DNA from: Camelus dromedarius
Taxonomy: Eukaryota
Reading direction: 5' to 3'
Length of the DNA: 64,000 nucleotides
Assembly: GCF_036321535.1 (NCBI RefSeq)
Contig: NC_087436.1
Span: 47,680,001-47,744,000 of the forward strand
The position numbers and the translations under genes are program-made. Of the stretch, positions 25,082 to 38,978 are shown one piece after another (the first letter of the stretch is position 1; the number at the start of each line of letters is the position of its first letter). Under the pieces are notes generated by a model, which saw nothing but the letters and a program-made list of their open reading frames with translations, ran no database searches and was not told the origin of the DNA.

Positions 25082-28000
25082 GAAACCAGCAATGTCTGTC
25101 ATACGTGTTCTTCACTAAAGCCTACAGCGTCCCAGCTGATAGGGGCATGAGCTTTGGTCTGGACAGAGGGCCCTTCTTCACCAGTGCAACCTGTCACCTT
25201 CAGATTCCAGTGAATGGGTGAATGACAAGATAAATCCAGTGTGCCTGGTTTGCTTTCTTTAATGTTGAGCAGTAATAGTCATGCTATCTAGTATTTTCCA
25301 AGACATTTCACTTTAATATCATTCCAGAAGACTGACTATAAACATTTGGTAAATACAGTCTTTGGCCAATTTTTCTAAATAAAGCTTATGTTTAAAATCT
25401 TGAATTAAGGACATGATAGAAGAGGATGGCTATTTTGACTGTCATGATTCATCTAATAAAAGTATCACCTTGTTATTTTAACTGCTATATTCAGAGATTC
25501 ATCATGGCTATAAATTATCCCTGGCCTTTCACTACTGATAAGAAATTCCTTTTAGGTACGATTTTCATCTGGAGATGAATATAAATCAATATAGTGAAAG
25601 GTGAGAGCGATGTTGCATTTTATAACATTCATCTAGCAAACCTCAAGCGCAAAATGGTGGTAGTAACTGCAAGACCTTTTCGAAAGCATTTTAGGATTAA
25701 TTCTATCACTAATGAAAAAAATCTATTCATTTATTTACCTATACTAATTAGCTCCATGTACATGTGCAACTATACACAAGCAGTACTTAAATTCACTTAT
25801 TTCGAAATATCTAGTTAGTTTATTTATTAAGATGTCTTTGAAAAACAACTGTTTTACCCATAGCATTGGATCTACATGGAGGACAATTATTGTTAAGATT
25901 GCTATTGCCATCTATACTTTGATTGCTCATTTTTTGATCTCTTTGTTTACTGTTGTAGTCTTAGTATTTGAAACAGTGCTTGGCCCATCGTGGTCAAAGA
26001 ATACTTATTGAATGAATGAACAGATGAATGACTTTCATGAATAGCAAATTAAATAAGAGGTAAAAATCTGGGATGAGTAGACGGAAATTTCAACCATGGA
26101 CACAAGGGTTAGTAAGAGGATTAGAGAAGATCCAGATCTTTAGGAAGAAGGGCGTATTTGTAGACTTAAGAAAAGTAAACCAGAGGAAATTGGAAGTGGA
26201 GGTTACAATGAGAGCAGGAGTCCCTTGCTGGGTTACAGGAAGAAAGGGGCCTGAGATGCATGTGGATTTGCATATGCAGGGAAGGAACATAGGAGTGAGG
26301 AAAATGAATCATTGGAAACTGCTTCCAGATCTCGACTCTGGCTTCAACAAGGTTTTGCTACCATCAGCTGACCCACCGAAGTGGCTGTCCTGTATTAAAA
26401 GTAATAGATGTGGAGTTCTGTTCTGAAAGTTGGAGTTCCTTCCGTCTTTGGGTCTGTTAATGGTATAATCACTGCAAAAAACAAGTTTTGTAGAAATCCT
26501 TACTGTCAGACTTTTTAAAGCAGCCATTCTGCTAATAAATTCTTAGCTTTCTTTTCTTACTGCAAAAAACTGACTTATTTCTCTACCAGAGGCATCTGAT
26601 TAAATTCTGAGCCCCTCAAGCAAAAATATATAAAAAGGCTTTCCTATGCTGTGTAATAATTATAAAAATAAGCAGATCTCCAGTGGAGAGAAGTTTCTCC
26701 TTTTGTAAGTCCTCAGGGCAGGGAATAGTTCTATGTATATTTTCTTCCAAATTATGCGGTTTAGATTTATCTTCTAAATAAGCAGTGCCGTGTGTCAAGG
26801 GGAGAGCTAGGGGAGGAAGCAGAAGAGAAGCAGTCCTGGTCTGCAGAGTGTCTCCAGAACATTTCAGCAAGGAGAGGATCTCATTTCAGTATATCCAAAT
26901 TTATCTTTTCTCTGAAATTAAGACTTTTTTTTTTTTTTTAAAAAAAAGAATATTAGAAACAGAAGAGTTCTTCCCTCTTCTTCCTGTATCTAAATAATTA
27001 AGCCTGTTTCAAGACATACAGTCAAAATGGGTTTCCTGGCTACAGATGTTAAGCAACAGTGACAAACTTTTCTTATTATAATCATCACCATCAACAAACA
27101 TTTGTTCTTTGTAGATTGTTTCTTAGAAAAAAATTAGTTTTGGAGAAATTGATACATGTTTGTGTCTGCAGTAAGGAAAATACAAAACAAAGGTGTTTTC
27201 ATCACTTAATTTTGCTGCCTTATTGTCACTTTTTAAATCCATTGAGTGTGTACAACACTACTCAAAGAAAGTTAGATGATAAATGAGGGAGGAGAAGGGG
27301 AGAGGGAGACTGAGAAAATGTTGAAAAGAATCCATTGCATTAAGTTTTGAAAGAAACCTACCAGGCTAGTTTTGCACCAGACAACATTTATTTATGTTGT
27401 TGAATTAAGGGCAATCCTATTTAGTACAAGTAAATATTTGCTTTCTGTCATTTACTACTGTGTTTGATTTTCTCATTTCTCAAGGTTGAGAATTCATGAT
27501 TGTTACTCTCATTTAGAAGCTACATTTCTTGATTGCCTACCCTCCAAGGGCAGGCATAGGAATTATTTTTAATTTTTAATTTTATTTAAAATATTTTATT
27601 AATTTGTATTTCTGTAGTAATACATGCGCTGGTATTAAATTTTAAATGTATGAGAGACAATACAGTAAAAAATGCTTTTTCTTCCTATGCTGCTGGTTAA
27701 GCCAGTTTTTTTCTCCATAGGCAACCACTGTAACCAGTTCTTTTTATTTGCATCTGAAATCTTCTCTACATATGTACACATATTTCATTTCTTAAAAACA
27801 CAAAGAGAACTCATTTTGTTTCATCCCTTCATGTCTCTCACTTTCTTTACCATATTTTGAGATCACTTCTTATCAGTAGCTGTAGAGCTTTTTGTTATTT
27901 TTAAAGGTTGCGTTGTATTTCATTTTATAACAGTAATAGATTTATTTAAAGAGTGACCAGTTGATGGGGCAAGTAAGTTAAACTAGATTTAGCTGTAATT

Positions 28001-28259
28001 AGTTTAGTTGTAATAAGCTAAATCAATTTTAGAGTTTTCTGTTCTTTTCATCTATCTATCTACCTGCCTACCTACCTACATACCTATCTACTGTTTAGCA
28101 TTTACCTTGAGGGAGACAGAGATACTACATTATGTAGCTAAAAAGCATCAATTAGATGGGTTGTAATTCTGATCAATTCAAATCTGCCTCATTTTACAGA
28201 TTAGGAAAGAAGTTATATAACTAATAGAAAGATGCTACCTTTAGAGTATTTTTTTCTTT

Positions 28260-28960
28260 CATCTATACCAATGGCCACCAATAAGTCATTCTTTTACTGA
28301 CCTAAGCATTGAGACACTGATACGTGCAGGCTTTATGTGAAACTTCTTGGAACCGAATGAACTTACATTCTTATTGAGGAGACAGGCATACAAATAATGA
28401 ATTGGAGAGAATTTCTAATGTAATATATAGGAAAGAATGTGATGATGTGGGGACAAATTGTGTTTTTAGGTGCCATGGAAACAGAGCAAGGAAAACATTT
28501 GTAGATTGGAATTGTCAAAGCAGCTTTCACAGAAGACATTCTAAGTCTTCATAAAGGTCTTTGATAGAAAAAAATAGTCAGAGACATTCTAAGCAAGCAG
28601 AAGCTATGGGCAGAAAGATTCTGAGTGTGGAGAGAACAGAGATCGCTAAGTGCAGTGTTACGGTTCACATGGTGAAGTCATGGGTTTGCACGGGTGAGAT
28701 AGTCTCCTGATGGAAGGCTTAGATATGCTTGCTTATGGGGGAAGCACATTAAGAGCAGAACCTGTGGGGCAAGACTTCCTGGGTTTGAATGTCAGAGGAA
28801 CTGACCATTAACTGGGTGGTTCTTAACTATTTAACCTATCTAGAAGCCACAATTTCCTCATCTGCGCAATGAGTAACAGTACTTACTTCACAAGGTTGTT
28901 GTGAAGATTAAATGAACTAATAAATGCAAAGGTCTAGAGCAGTGCATGACATACTGTAAA
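28260..28960. mobile_element. L2 fragment (minus) followed by MIR (plus, about 28740-28960)
   Basis: Reverse-L2 phrases (acttacattctta, gacattctaagcaagcag) and MIR ttcctcatctgcgcaatgag...ggttgttgtgaagattaaatga. Confidence 0.6.
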
Positions 28961-29050
28961 AAAATTTTTTTCCTACCATTTAAGAATATAAAAACCATTC
29001 TTGTAGGTCTTGGGTTGGATTTGGCCCTTAGCCATAGTTTGCCACGACCT
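28958..29050. mobile_element. MER58-like hAT fragment
   Basis: ccatttaagaatataaaaaccattctt...ggatttggcccttagccatagtttgcc. Confidence 0.65.
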
Positions 29051-29059
29051 ATTTTTGAT

Positions 29060-30730
29060 AGTACAACATCAATCTTTTACTCAGTAAAATTCACTAGGAA
29101 TTAGCCCTTTTACAAAGGTTACTAACTTATCACCTCCCAGACACGGAGAAATTTTAAAGACATCTTATTTCTTCTAGCCTTGTTGCTATTCTAGTCACAT
29201 ATTTAAGTTCTACATGCATATTTTAAATTCCATAAGACACAATATATATTGTTTTACAGATTCAAGTTCATTTATATTTCCCACATATTTACTCATTCTA
29301 TTTCACTTCATTCCTCTGTATATTTGGAATCATTTTATTTTGCCGGAAGAACCTCTAGTATTTTGGGGGAGGCATAGGCCTGCTGCCAATACATTTTCTC
29401 TACTTTTGTTTGTCTGACATAATCTTTATTTGCCCTTTATTTTTAAGCAGTATCTTTCTAGGTGAAGACTTCGGGCTAGAAGTTTTCTTGATTTGGAAGA
29501 TATCATTTCATTGTCCTTGGATTTCATTTCTGGTATGAAATCAGCTGTCAAACTTATTGTTGCTTATTTGAAAGTATTTTTGTTTTTGTCTCTAGCTGCT
29601 TTAAAGACACTTTGTCTTTGGTTTTCATAAATATATCTAGATGTATCTTTGTATTTGTTTTATTTTATTATAGAGCTTCTTAATTCTGTTGTTTAATGTC
29701 TTTTATCTTTTTGGAAATTTTTGACTAGTACCTTTAGATATGGCTTCTTCCTTTTCCTCTTTCTATTTTTTCCTTTGAGATTTCAGTTATATACATGATA
29801 GTCCTTTTCACCATGTCCCATATGTTTCTTAAATTCTGTCTTTTGTAGCTTTAAAATCTATCTATCTATCTGCTTTCATGTAGGTATTTTTGACTTGTAT
29901 TCCATTTCTAGTGAAATATTCCTTTCTTTGATGTCTAATATACTTACTGAGTTTCTTAATCTTGCTTATTATATACATCAGTTCCAAAAGGTTAATTTGA
30001 TAATTTTCTTACAGACTTCATTTCCCTGGTGAAATTCTCCATATTATCATTTAATTTCATAAACATATTAAATATAGTTATTTTTAAGTTTGTCTTGATA
30101 ACACCATTATTTGAGTCACCTATGAATCTATTTCTATTTTTTATTTTATCTTTTGGGTTTCAGTCATTTAGTCCTATCTTTTGGCATACTCTAGAGAATG
30201 TTATCTTTTTCTAGTGTTTATCAGGCATAGAATGTGGAAACATCATTGTGATCCACTCAGGGATTGAGAACTTTGAGTCCGAATTTTAGTATTTCTGAAG
30301 GTTGGACTATTTCTAGTTTGCCTTTATTCCTATACTGTAGCTCTCAGAGAGTCTCAGTGGAAAGCCTGTTTTTAGTTTTTTGGTTTTTTAGCCAGACTTC
30401 CTCCTTTTTGGTAGGAATTATTGTCTCTATGTTATCATGAGAGGAATTATTGCCTCTGTTTATTACCTTTTAGCTGCTTTATTCTGACTTCTTGTCTTTT
30501 TGGCCTCTTTCCGTCTTTATCTTAGGAACCTGAAAATGTCTTTTGGGAACCAGAATCAGAATTGTGGGTTCACATCAATACATTTCTCTTTTGGGAGGGA
30601 CTTGTCCTTTTGAATCTTGATTACTGTTGTTGCCTTCCAAGCCTTCAGAAAGCTGGGTTATCGTGAACTTTTATAGTTGCTTTTGGTGGAAGGGTTGGTC
30701 TGTAAAATGCTACTCTGTCATAGCCAAAAT
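29060..30730 (-). mobile_element. Ancient L1/HAL1-like fragment
   Basis: tgaaatcagctgtcaaacttattgttgct, tctagctgctttaaagac, ttttggaaatttttgac; T-rich antisense-L1 composition. Confidence 0.6.
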
Positions 30731-32284
30731 CCTTTTATTTTTAAGGTAACTTGTTGAGTAACTGCTTATTGACTCATTCTTTTTTCTTTCTTTCTTTTGT
30801 TCCCTTCTATCATCCATCAATTCTATATGTATTGGATATGTATTCTGTCTCAATTATTGTGCTAAGTTTTGGATGATATAAGACATCTCCTTAAGGACAC
30901 TTCAATTAATAGAAGAAACACACATACACACACGTATACTTCTGTGATAAGTGCTCTATTATAGTAAGGTGTGAGAGTACTGTAAAATTCTTTTAACAGT
31001 GTGTTATTTTTCCTATTTATTTACTTTTTTGTTGTTTGTCTCCTTCTAGAATGTAAGACCCACTAATACAGGGCTGTATCTATCTTGTTCATTGTTGGCA
31101 TATAGTGTAATCTTGATAAATAGTTTTTGATAAGTGATTGCTTGATACATGAGGTTATGAAGTTTATATTTTGTAGGATTATTAAATGGCATATGGAAAG
31201 CATAGCACTTGGCACATGTGTCACATATTCATTTCACTTTAAAAACACTTTTTAAGTAGTGTAATAATGATCACTGACACATGAAAATTAAAAATTCCAT
31301 TTATAGATGGGATACTTTAGATATGGATGTTAAATCATTTGCTTGACTTAATGACTAAGCTAGAAGAGAATCTCAGGGTTCTCTGCTTCAAGTCACATTC
31401 AGACAACATGTACAGAGAATTTTTCTTTAGACTCTCATGGCTGAAATAGTGTAACTTCTAGCTCTCTCCCTCCATCTCCTCAGATATTTTATTTTATCAT
31501 TTTTAGCCACTAAGGTGAATCTACAGTATAAATTGTAAAATGGATTTTAAAATATTTATTTTGAACATAAATTATATATTCACAACATATATATACACAA
31601 TTAGAATTCAAGGCATATGAAAGGAGCATTTTAAATAGACTTTAAAATATTTATTTTAAATATAATGGTATATCTAGTATATGTATGTTATTACTAGTAT
31701 ATAGTAATACATATGTTCTTACTATACATATATAGTAAGAATTCCAAGAGGTATAAAAAGAAATACATTTATTTTATTTTAGAGGGAACATTTTGAACTT
31801 GAAGTGCATTTCTGGTGCTAAATTCTGAAAGTGCTTGTTGATGAAGATAAATTATGTTTGTTGTAATCTGTCTGCTGTGTGTTAATCACATTGGTGTGTG
31901 GCTGTCACCCTCCAGAATCATCAGAGTTCCTCCTGTCTTTTGTGGTTGCCCTTTTAATTAAGCATAAGTTACTACAAAGAACTTTTAAAAGGAAAACAAA
32001 AGACTTCCAAATCCAATATCCTTCTTTAATTTAGTTTGCAGGAAGTGGAGAACAAAGATTTACAGAAAGGAACACTGCTTTAAAATATACTCTAATTACT
32101 TACACACGCAAATTTAACACATTGCCAAGGTTGAGGTGTTTTTTGTAGGTCTCTGATTAAAGATGCAATTCTGGAAATCTTCCATTGTCTCTATACATTC
32201 AAAAAAACTGATGAACTGTATTCAGATACAGTAGTATCATAAAGCCCATATAATTTCTTGTATTTATTTTTAAAGAGTTTTTAA

Positions 32285-34609
32285 AATTATGTAAATTTCA
32301 AGTGTATAGCATTATAATTTAACATCTGTACACACTACAAAGTGGTCACCACCACAAATCTAGTTACCATCCATCATCCAGTTGACCCCCTTCAATTATA
32401 CTTACCCTCCCAGCCCCCACCCATCTGGTAACCACTAATCCATTCTCTGTATCTGTTTGTTTTTGTTTTATTTTATTTGTTTTGTTGTTGTTTTTTAGAT
32501 TTTACATATGAGTGAACTCATATAGTATTTGTCTTTCTCTGTCTAACTTATTTCATTTAGCATACTACCTTCAAGGTCCATCTATGTTGTTGCTGATGGC
32601 AGAATTTCATTCATTTTTATGGCCAAGTAATATTCCATTGTGTGTATCCCAGTATATATATGCATATACATACCACATCAATGGACACTTAGGTTGTTTC
32701 CATATTATGACTATTGTAAATAAAGCTGCGATGAGCATTCTTAGGGTAAATACCCAGACTGAAATAATTTGGTCATATGGTAGTTCTATTTTTAATTTTT
32801 TTTTGAGAAACTGCCAAACTGCACCAAATTACATTCCCTTCAACAGTATAAGAGTTCCTTTTTAGCCATATTCTCTCCAACACTTGTTAGTTCTTGTCTT
32901 TTTTATGATATCCATTTTAATAGGTGTGAAATGAGATCTCATGTGGTTTTGAGTTGCATTTCCTTAATAATTAGTGATGTTTAATATCTTTTCATGTGCC
33001 TGTTGTCATCTGTATGTCCTCTTTGGAAAAGCTTCTATTCAGGTCTTCTGCCCATTTTTTAATCCAGTTGTTTGTTTTTCTTGTTGTTGTTGAGTTGTAT
33101 GAGTTCTTTATATACTTTGGATATTAACCTCTTGTTGGATACATGACTTGCAAAAATATCTTCTCCCATTCAGTAGGTTGCCTTTTCACTTCAATGATGG
33201 CTTTCTACACTGTGCAGGTCTGTGCAGACCAGTGTTTTATAGTTTTCAGTGTACAGATCTTTCACCTCCTTGGTTAAATTTATTCCTAGCTTTTTAATTC
33301 TTTTTGATGCAGTTGTAAATGGCATTATTTTCTCAATTTCTCTTTCTGATTGTTGTTAGTGTATAGAAATGCCACAGATTTCTTTATGTTGATTTTGTAT
33401 TTTGCAACTTTACTGAATTTATTTATTAGTTCTAATGGTTTTTTAAACTGGAGTCTTTGGGGTTTCCTATATATAGTATTATCTGCATATAGTGACAGTT
33501 TACCTATTCCTTTCCAACTTGGATACATTTTATTTCTTTTTCTTGCCTAATTGCTATGGTTAGGACTTTCAATACTATGTTGAATAAAAGCAGTGAGTGT
33601 GGGCATCCTTGTCTTATTCCCAATCTTTGAGGAAAAGCTTTCATTTTTTTTTTCTTCATTGAATATGATGTTAGCTGTGGGCTTGTCATATATAGCTTTT
33701 ATTATGTTGGAGTAGGTTCCCTCTATAGCCACTGCATTGAGAGTTTTTATCAGAAGTGGATATTGAATTTTTCATATGCTTTTTCTGCATCTGTTGAGAC
33801 GATCAGATTTTTATCTTTCACTGTGTTAATGTGAAGTAGCATGCTGATTGACTTGTAGATGTTGAACCATCCTTGTATCCCTGGTATAAATTTCACTTGT
33901 ATGATCCTTCTAATGTATTGCTGGATATGATTTGCTAATACAGTTGGCCCTTGAACAATATAGGGGCTAGAGGCTCTCACCCTTTGCACTGTTGAATTTT
34001 TGTGTGTAACTTATAGTTGGCCCTCTGTATGTATGGTTCCTCTGTATTCATGGTTCTGTATCTGTGGACTCAATGAACTGTGGATTGTGTAGTACTGTAG
34101 TATATATTATTGAAAAACATCTGTGTAAAATGGACCTGAACAGTTCAAACCTATACTGTTCAAAGGTCAACTGAGTTTTATTAAAGACATTTGCATCTAT
34201 GTTCATCAAGGATATTGGCCTGAAATTTTCTTTTTTTGTGTGTGGTATCCTTGTCTGGTTTTGGTGTCAGGGTAATGCTGGCTTTATAAAATGTGTTTGG
34301 AAAGTTTCTTGCTTCTTCAGATTTTTGGAAGAGTTTGAGACTATGAGTATTAAATCTTTGTTTTGTACAATTTGCCAGTGAAGCAATCTGGTTCTGAGCT
34401 TTTGTTTGTTAGCATCTTTTTGATGACAGTTTCAGTTTCCTTATCAGTGATCAGTCTATTCAGATTTTCTGTTTCTTCATGATTTAGTCTTGGAAGTCTT
34501 GTATTTCTAGATATCTATCCATTTCTTCTAGGTTGTCCAATTTGTTGGCATATAATTGTTCATAGTAGTCTTTTATGATCCTTTGTATTTCTATGGAACA
34601 GTTGTATTC
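32285..34609 (-). mobile_element. Intermediate-age L1 (ORF2 RT region plus 3'UTR), with an internal deletion and a nested MITE
   Basis: ORF fragments [72 protein letters not shown] at 32272-32284 and 34610-34622. Confidence 0.92.
33941..34173. mobile_element. Tigger2-family MITE (MER8-like), 233 bp, nested in L1
   Basis: TIRs CAGTTGGCCCTTGAACA and TGTTCAAAGGTCAACTG, TA on the left, and L1 sequence resuming on both sides. Confidence 0.88.
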
Positions 34610-36167
34610 AAAGAGTTTTTAAGTGTTTAATAATCTTAGTGTAATAAGCTAGTGTAAAATTCACTAAAACAAGTGAGGAAGGCTATTTACATTCATTTTA
34701 CAGACAAGAAACTGGTTGCAGTTAGATATAAATTTACCAGAAGTATATTTGATAACCTAGAATTACCAGTGCATCAAATAGTCTCTTCACTAGAACTGTC
34801 ATACAAATTAATACCTCATCATGTCCTTTAGTCTAGGATCAATCACAACTGGAGTAAAATCCACTTCTCCCCTCTCCATTTATTTCTCTTCCTTTTAAAT
34901 ACATAAGTTCTCTCTTCACATTAAAGAAACTGGCTTGGGGAAGAAACCACAAGTAAGTGTTAAGGCTATTTTGTTTTTATTTCTTCTTTTTAGTCCTCCT
35001 TTCAGTTATTGTTTATTTAGGTCTCTATGGAACTTTGGCATATGTGGGATGTTTCTGAGACTTTGACTATAGGCACAGGATGTAATGTCTCTTAGTCTGG
35101 ATTATGATAAACTGCACTGAATGGCTTTAGTACAAAAAATTATATCTTGAATTATATACTGTGCACATAAAATTTGTATATCATAGTTTAATATCCATAA
35201 GGCATTTGTATTTGCATACATTAGTAGAGGTGTACCTGACAAAATTTGTGGGGAGGAAATATTAACTTAATTACAAGCAGACTCTTTAATGTTAATTTAC
35301 TGTTATTGAACTGTTTTCACTTCTATGGGATGTTTTTATATCTAATTATCACTCTGCTTTTATCTTTCTGACTTTTGCCATTCTTTGTATTGGCAACATC
35401 TTAAGAGGTTTTTTTTTCCCCCCTCCTCTTTTTCTTTGTTCCTATTCTCATCAGACTCAAAAAAATCATTTAGATCTAGTGTGACTTCATGGTTCTATTC
35501 TTTAATTGTGTGGCTCAGTGTTCCATGACAAATATGACACTCTGGTGTTGTAGAAGTCCCAGAGTCAGCATTACAGTAGAGTGGCAAGGAGCTAGAATAA
35601 AAATGGAAATACGGTATTTCCATGTCTACTGAGGGTGCTTGGGCTACATCACATATCCATTTTTCATGAGGGTGTTAACCATCTGGTTCCTCTTGTTTTT
35701 CCATTCTTGCTTCTCCACATCTGTTGCTTCTTCATTATTCTACAAAAGCTTACATTCCATATTTGATGTTCATTTCCATAAAAATTCCATATTCATGAGA
35801 ATGCCTAGATTTTACCTGTAGGTCTAAGAAAATTACAGTGAAACAGCAGCCAAGGTCATAAGAAAGATCATATCCAGATTAGACGGCTTACTGCCATGAA
35901 AATCCCTGGCAAGGAACAATTGCTGGTCATGTTTTGCCTGTCCAGACAATCATTTGAAAGGAGCACCAGAGTTAGCAGTCTGACACATCCTTCCTGGTTG
36001 GGTCACCACATTAAGTGTGCTTAGCTATTTGTAAAGCTATCTGGAGAGAAAGAGCATGTTAAATTAGAAACACATGGACAGAATGACACATGTAGCCTTG
36101 GAATTCACAGTGCAGTGCGGCAGAGTTCAATTAGGTGCTTGACATCCTGACAATCTTGTCTCTGTAG

Positions 36168-36209
36168 GAAAAGAAAAGAAAACACCTGGAAACCCTGGGT
36201 TTGGTGATG
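36168..36209 (+). other. Candidate 42-nt cassette exon
   Basis: ctgac branch-like motif, tcttgtctctgtAG acceptor and ATG|GTAAGT donor. Length divisible by 3, in non-repeat DNA. Product not recognised. Confidence 0.35.
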
Positions 36210-37351
36210 GTAAGTGTACATTTCAGGGCTATTTGCTTAGATTGGTTCCCCTCTGTTTTTCTGTAGATCGATCTTTCCATCTGCAATTTTTTTCCTTGCA
36301 TCATCCTCAGTACCCGTCTCTTGCTTCCATCCTGTCATTCTTCCCGAGAATCAGTTTAAGTTAAAATCAAAGCTGGGTAGCAGGTCAAAGAAGAGATGAG
36401 AATTCTCATGGTCCTTTCCTCTGAATTCTAGAGTTTCTTTGTGTTCTTTGTAATTAGCAAGCTTACTCACTGCTGCTATCTTTAAAATAAAACTTTCTAA
36501 TTACAATTTGTAGAGGCCAGATTTGTACTGTTTGGCTACAAAGTGAAGAGGCAATCTGACATGTAAAAATCAGTAGTTTTAAGTTCTAGAAATAGTATCT
36601 TAAAATGTATTTAGTATTTGAGCAAATATACAAATATACAGAGCAAATTAGACCAAACAACTTACTTAGAAATTAGCAGGTTCCTGTAATTTTACTGTTA
36701 GCTCTAGATAGATTAAAAGCATTAATACTAGCAAATGTGAATGCATATGGACATTCTGTCAGATATGAGTCAGTGTGGTATCTTAAAAAAATAATGGTAT
36801 ACTAGGAGTCAGAGGGCCTTGTGTTTCATCTTGGCTTTGCTATTAGCTTGCTCTTTTCATTTTTTACAAAATAAAATAGGAGGATTTACATTAGGCACAT
36901 TAGGTCATTAAAATCCCAGCTGGATTCAAGAGAACACAGCAGCCTCAAATGAGATAAGTATATTTGGTAAGTTATTGGGGGAGGGGGAGCTATGTAAACA
37001 TTTGGTTTAGGTCTGCCTTGGGGAGGTTATTACAAAGGTTCTTAACCTGTAGAAGGGGGTGTCATAGGAGATAGGATGTTGGAAGGTGTCAGGATGAAAA
37101 ACTCTAGACTTTGCTAAGCTGTTGCAAAAGACAACTCAAGTTTGAAAGAGATAATGAATAAAATTTCCAGGAAAAAATTGAAATTAGAAGCTGAAATGTG
37201 AAAAGAAGTAGTGAATGATGACATAGACTGGTACAATGTTGAAAAGGGTTTTTAAGTGGGGTAAAAATAATCTTTGAGAAGATCAGAATAAGAGTAATTG
37301 CTATGATTTGTTCAAAACCACATGTCATTGACTAACAGCATGTCCCTCTAA

Positions 37352-37554
37352 GTAAGGGTTTCTCAACTTTGGCTCTACTGACGTTTTGAGCTGAATAATT
37401 CTTTGTTGTGTGTGGGGGTCATGCAACTGTAGGATGTTTAGCAGCATCTTTGATCTCCACGCATTAGATGTCGATGATAATTCCCTTATCCTGTTCATGA
37501 CAATCAAAACTGTTACCAGAAATTGCCAAAATTGCCCCCATTTGAGAACCACTG
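37352..37554. mobile_element. MER20 hAT MITE
   Basis: gtttctcaactttggctctactgacgttttgagctgaataattctttgttgtg...aaattgccccca tttgagaaccactg. Confidence 0.85.
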
Positions 37555-37589
37555 CTTTCAAAGAATACATAATTTTTCAGATGTCAGCC

Positions 37590-37840
37590 TGATGAAAAAC
37601 CTTAGGCTCTGGAGATCGAGCTCTAAAGCAAGATTTTAGTCCCGGTTCTGTTATCTTTTTCACTGTGGAGCTTGAGCAAATTACTTAGCTTTTCTAAGTG
37701 TCACTTTCTTCATTTATAAAAGAGTATCTACCTCCTGGAGTAATTGTGAAGGCTTAATGAGACAACACGTGTGAAAGATTTAGTGTTGTATGGCACATGG
37801 CTGCTACTCAGTACATATTAGAAATTGTTCTTACTATCAT
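37590..37840 (+). mobile_element. MIR
   Basis: cttgagcaaattacttagc...ctttctcattataaaa...ttgtgaaggcttaatgagacaac. Confidence 0.7.
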
Positions 37841-37969
37841 TTGATAATTCTAAAAGGACACAAAGAGGAGATGGATGTAATTACTTCTGAAAGTAATCCT
37901 TGGACATGAGAAGTTGTACCAACAAAATACCTAGGTCTCACTGCACAGGAGTCTTTAGAGACATTGGCC

Positions 37970-38880
37970 TGGTAAATCAGTCAGCCAACAAATATTGTCT
38001 AATCATCTATTAGATGCCAAGCTCTATTCTAATGTTGACCATTGTGATAGGAGCAAAACAGACAAAAATCTTAATGATCTTATATATGTGGGAAAGACAG
38101 AATATTAATAGATATGACTTAAAACTAGTGTGGTGTAGTAGGCACTACTAGCTGTTCGTCAAAGTTCATTCTCCTTTTCTTCTACCAAAGCTGGTCCATG
38201 GTTTCCCAACTACACTAAGTTTCTAAATTTAAAATATGACAGTAAATACTGTAGTGGCCATTTGGGTACTTTCCATTAGTTCAAGGGCAGAAGTGAAGGG
38301 TAACACTTCCAGGCCTGGCTCATATGCTTTTTAATGCTTTTTGTTTCTTCTTGTGGGCTGGAAGATCATAACGATGAACAGAGTGACTGGAACAATCTTG
38401 GAAGTTATGTGTTAAAAATGACAGAGCTAACATCAGCCTGGGTCCCTGAATGACTGTGTGGAGCAAAGCCTCCTTCCCTGGCTGCAACTCACGAGATTGT
38501 CTGGAGTATTCAGTAGAAGTGAAATAAAATCCTTTTGTGCTTGAGCCATTGCATATTGGGTTTTCATGAAGTTTTGGTTATCAAGTAAACACAGGTGATC
38601 TGGAAAGATTTCTGTGAGGAGAGAACATTTGAGTTGAAATCTGACAGAAGAAAAGAAACTAGCCTTATGCACATCTAGGGGGAAGAATAAACAGTGCAAG
38701 GGAGCTGTCCTTGATAAGTAGCCAATACTAGGGTCCCTATGATATAGAGGTCCATGCTGGTGGGTGAGGTAGGAGCATACAGGTAGAAATGGCATTAAGA
38801 CAAAATGAAATTATGGCCTCTGATTGTCTCTGGTTTATAAAGACTTCCATGACAATTGAAAGGACTTCCTTTTCTTTTCC
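37970..38880. mobile_element. L2 (minus) interrupted by an MLT1J-like LTR (about 38130-38590, plus)
   Basis: L2 tail aatcagtcagccaacaaatatt and MLT cagcctgggtccctgaatgactgtgtggagca. Confidence 0.65.
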
Positions 38881-38978
38881 CAGAAAAACAATTAGCTCCT
38901 TTCTGCTCAAACGTTTTTGGAAATATGGTACTTCAGTTGGCATAACCATCCATCACATAGTAGTTATATGTTGTTTAG

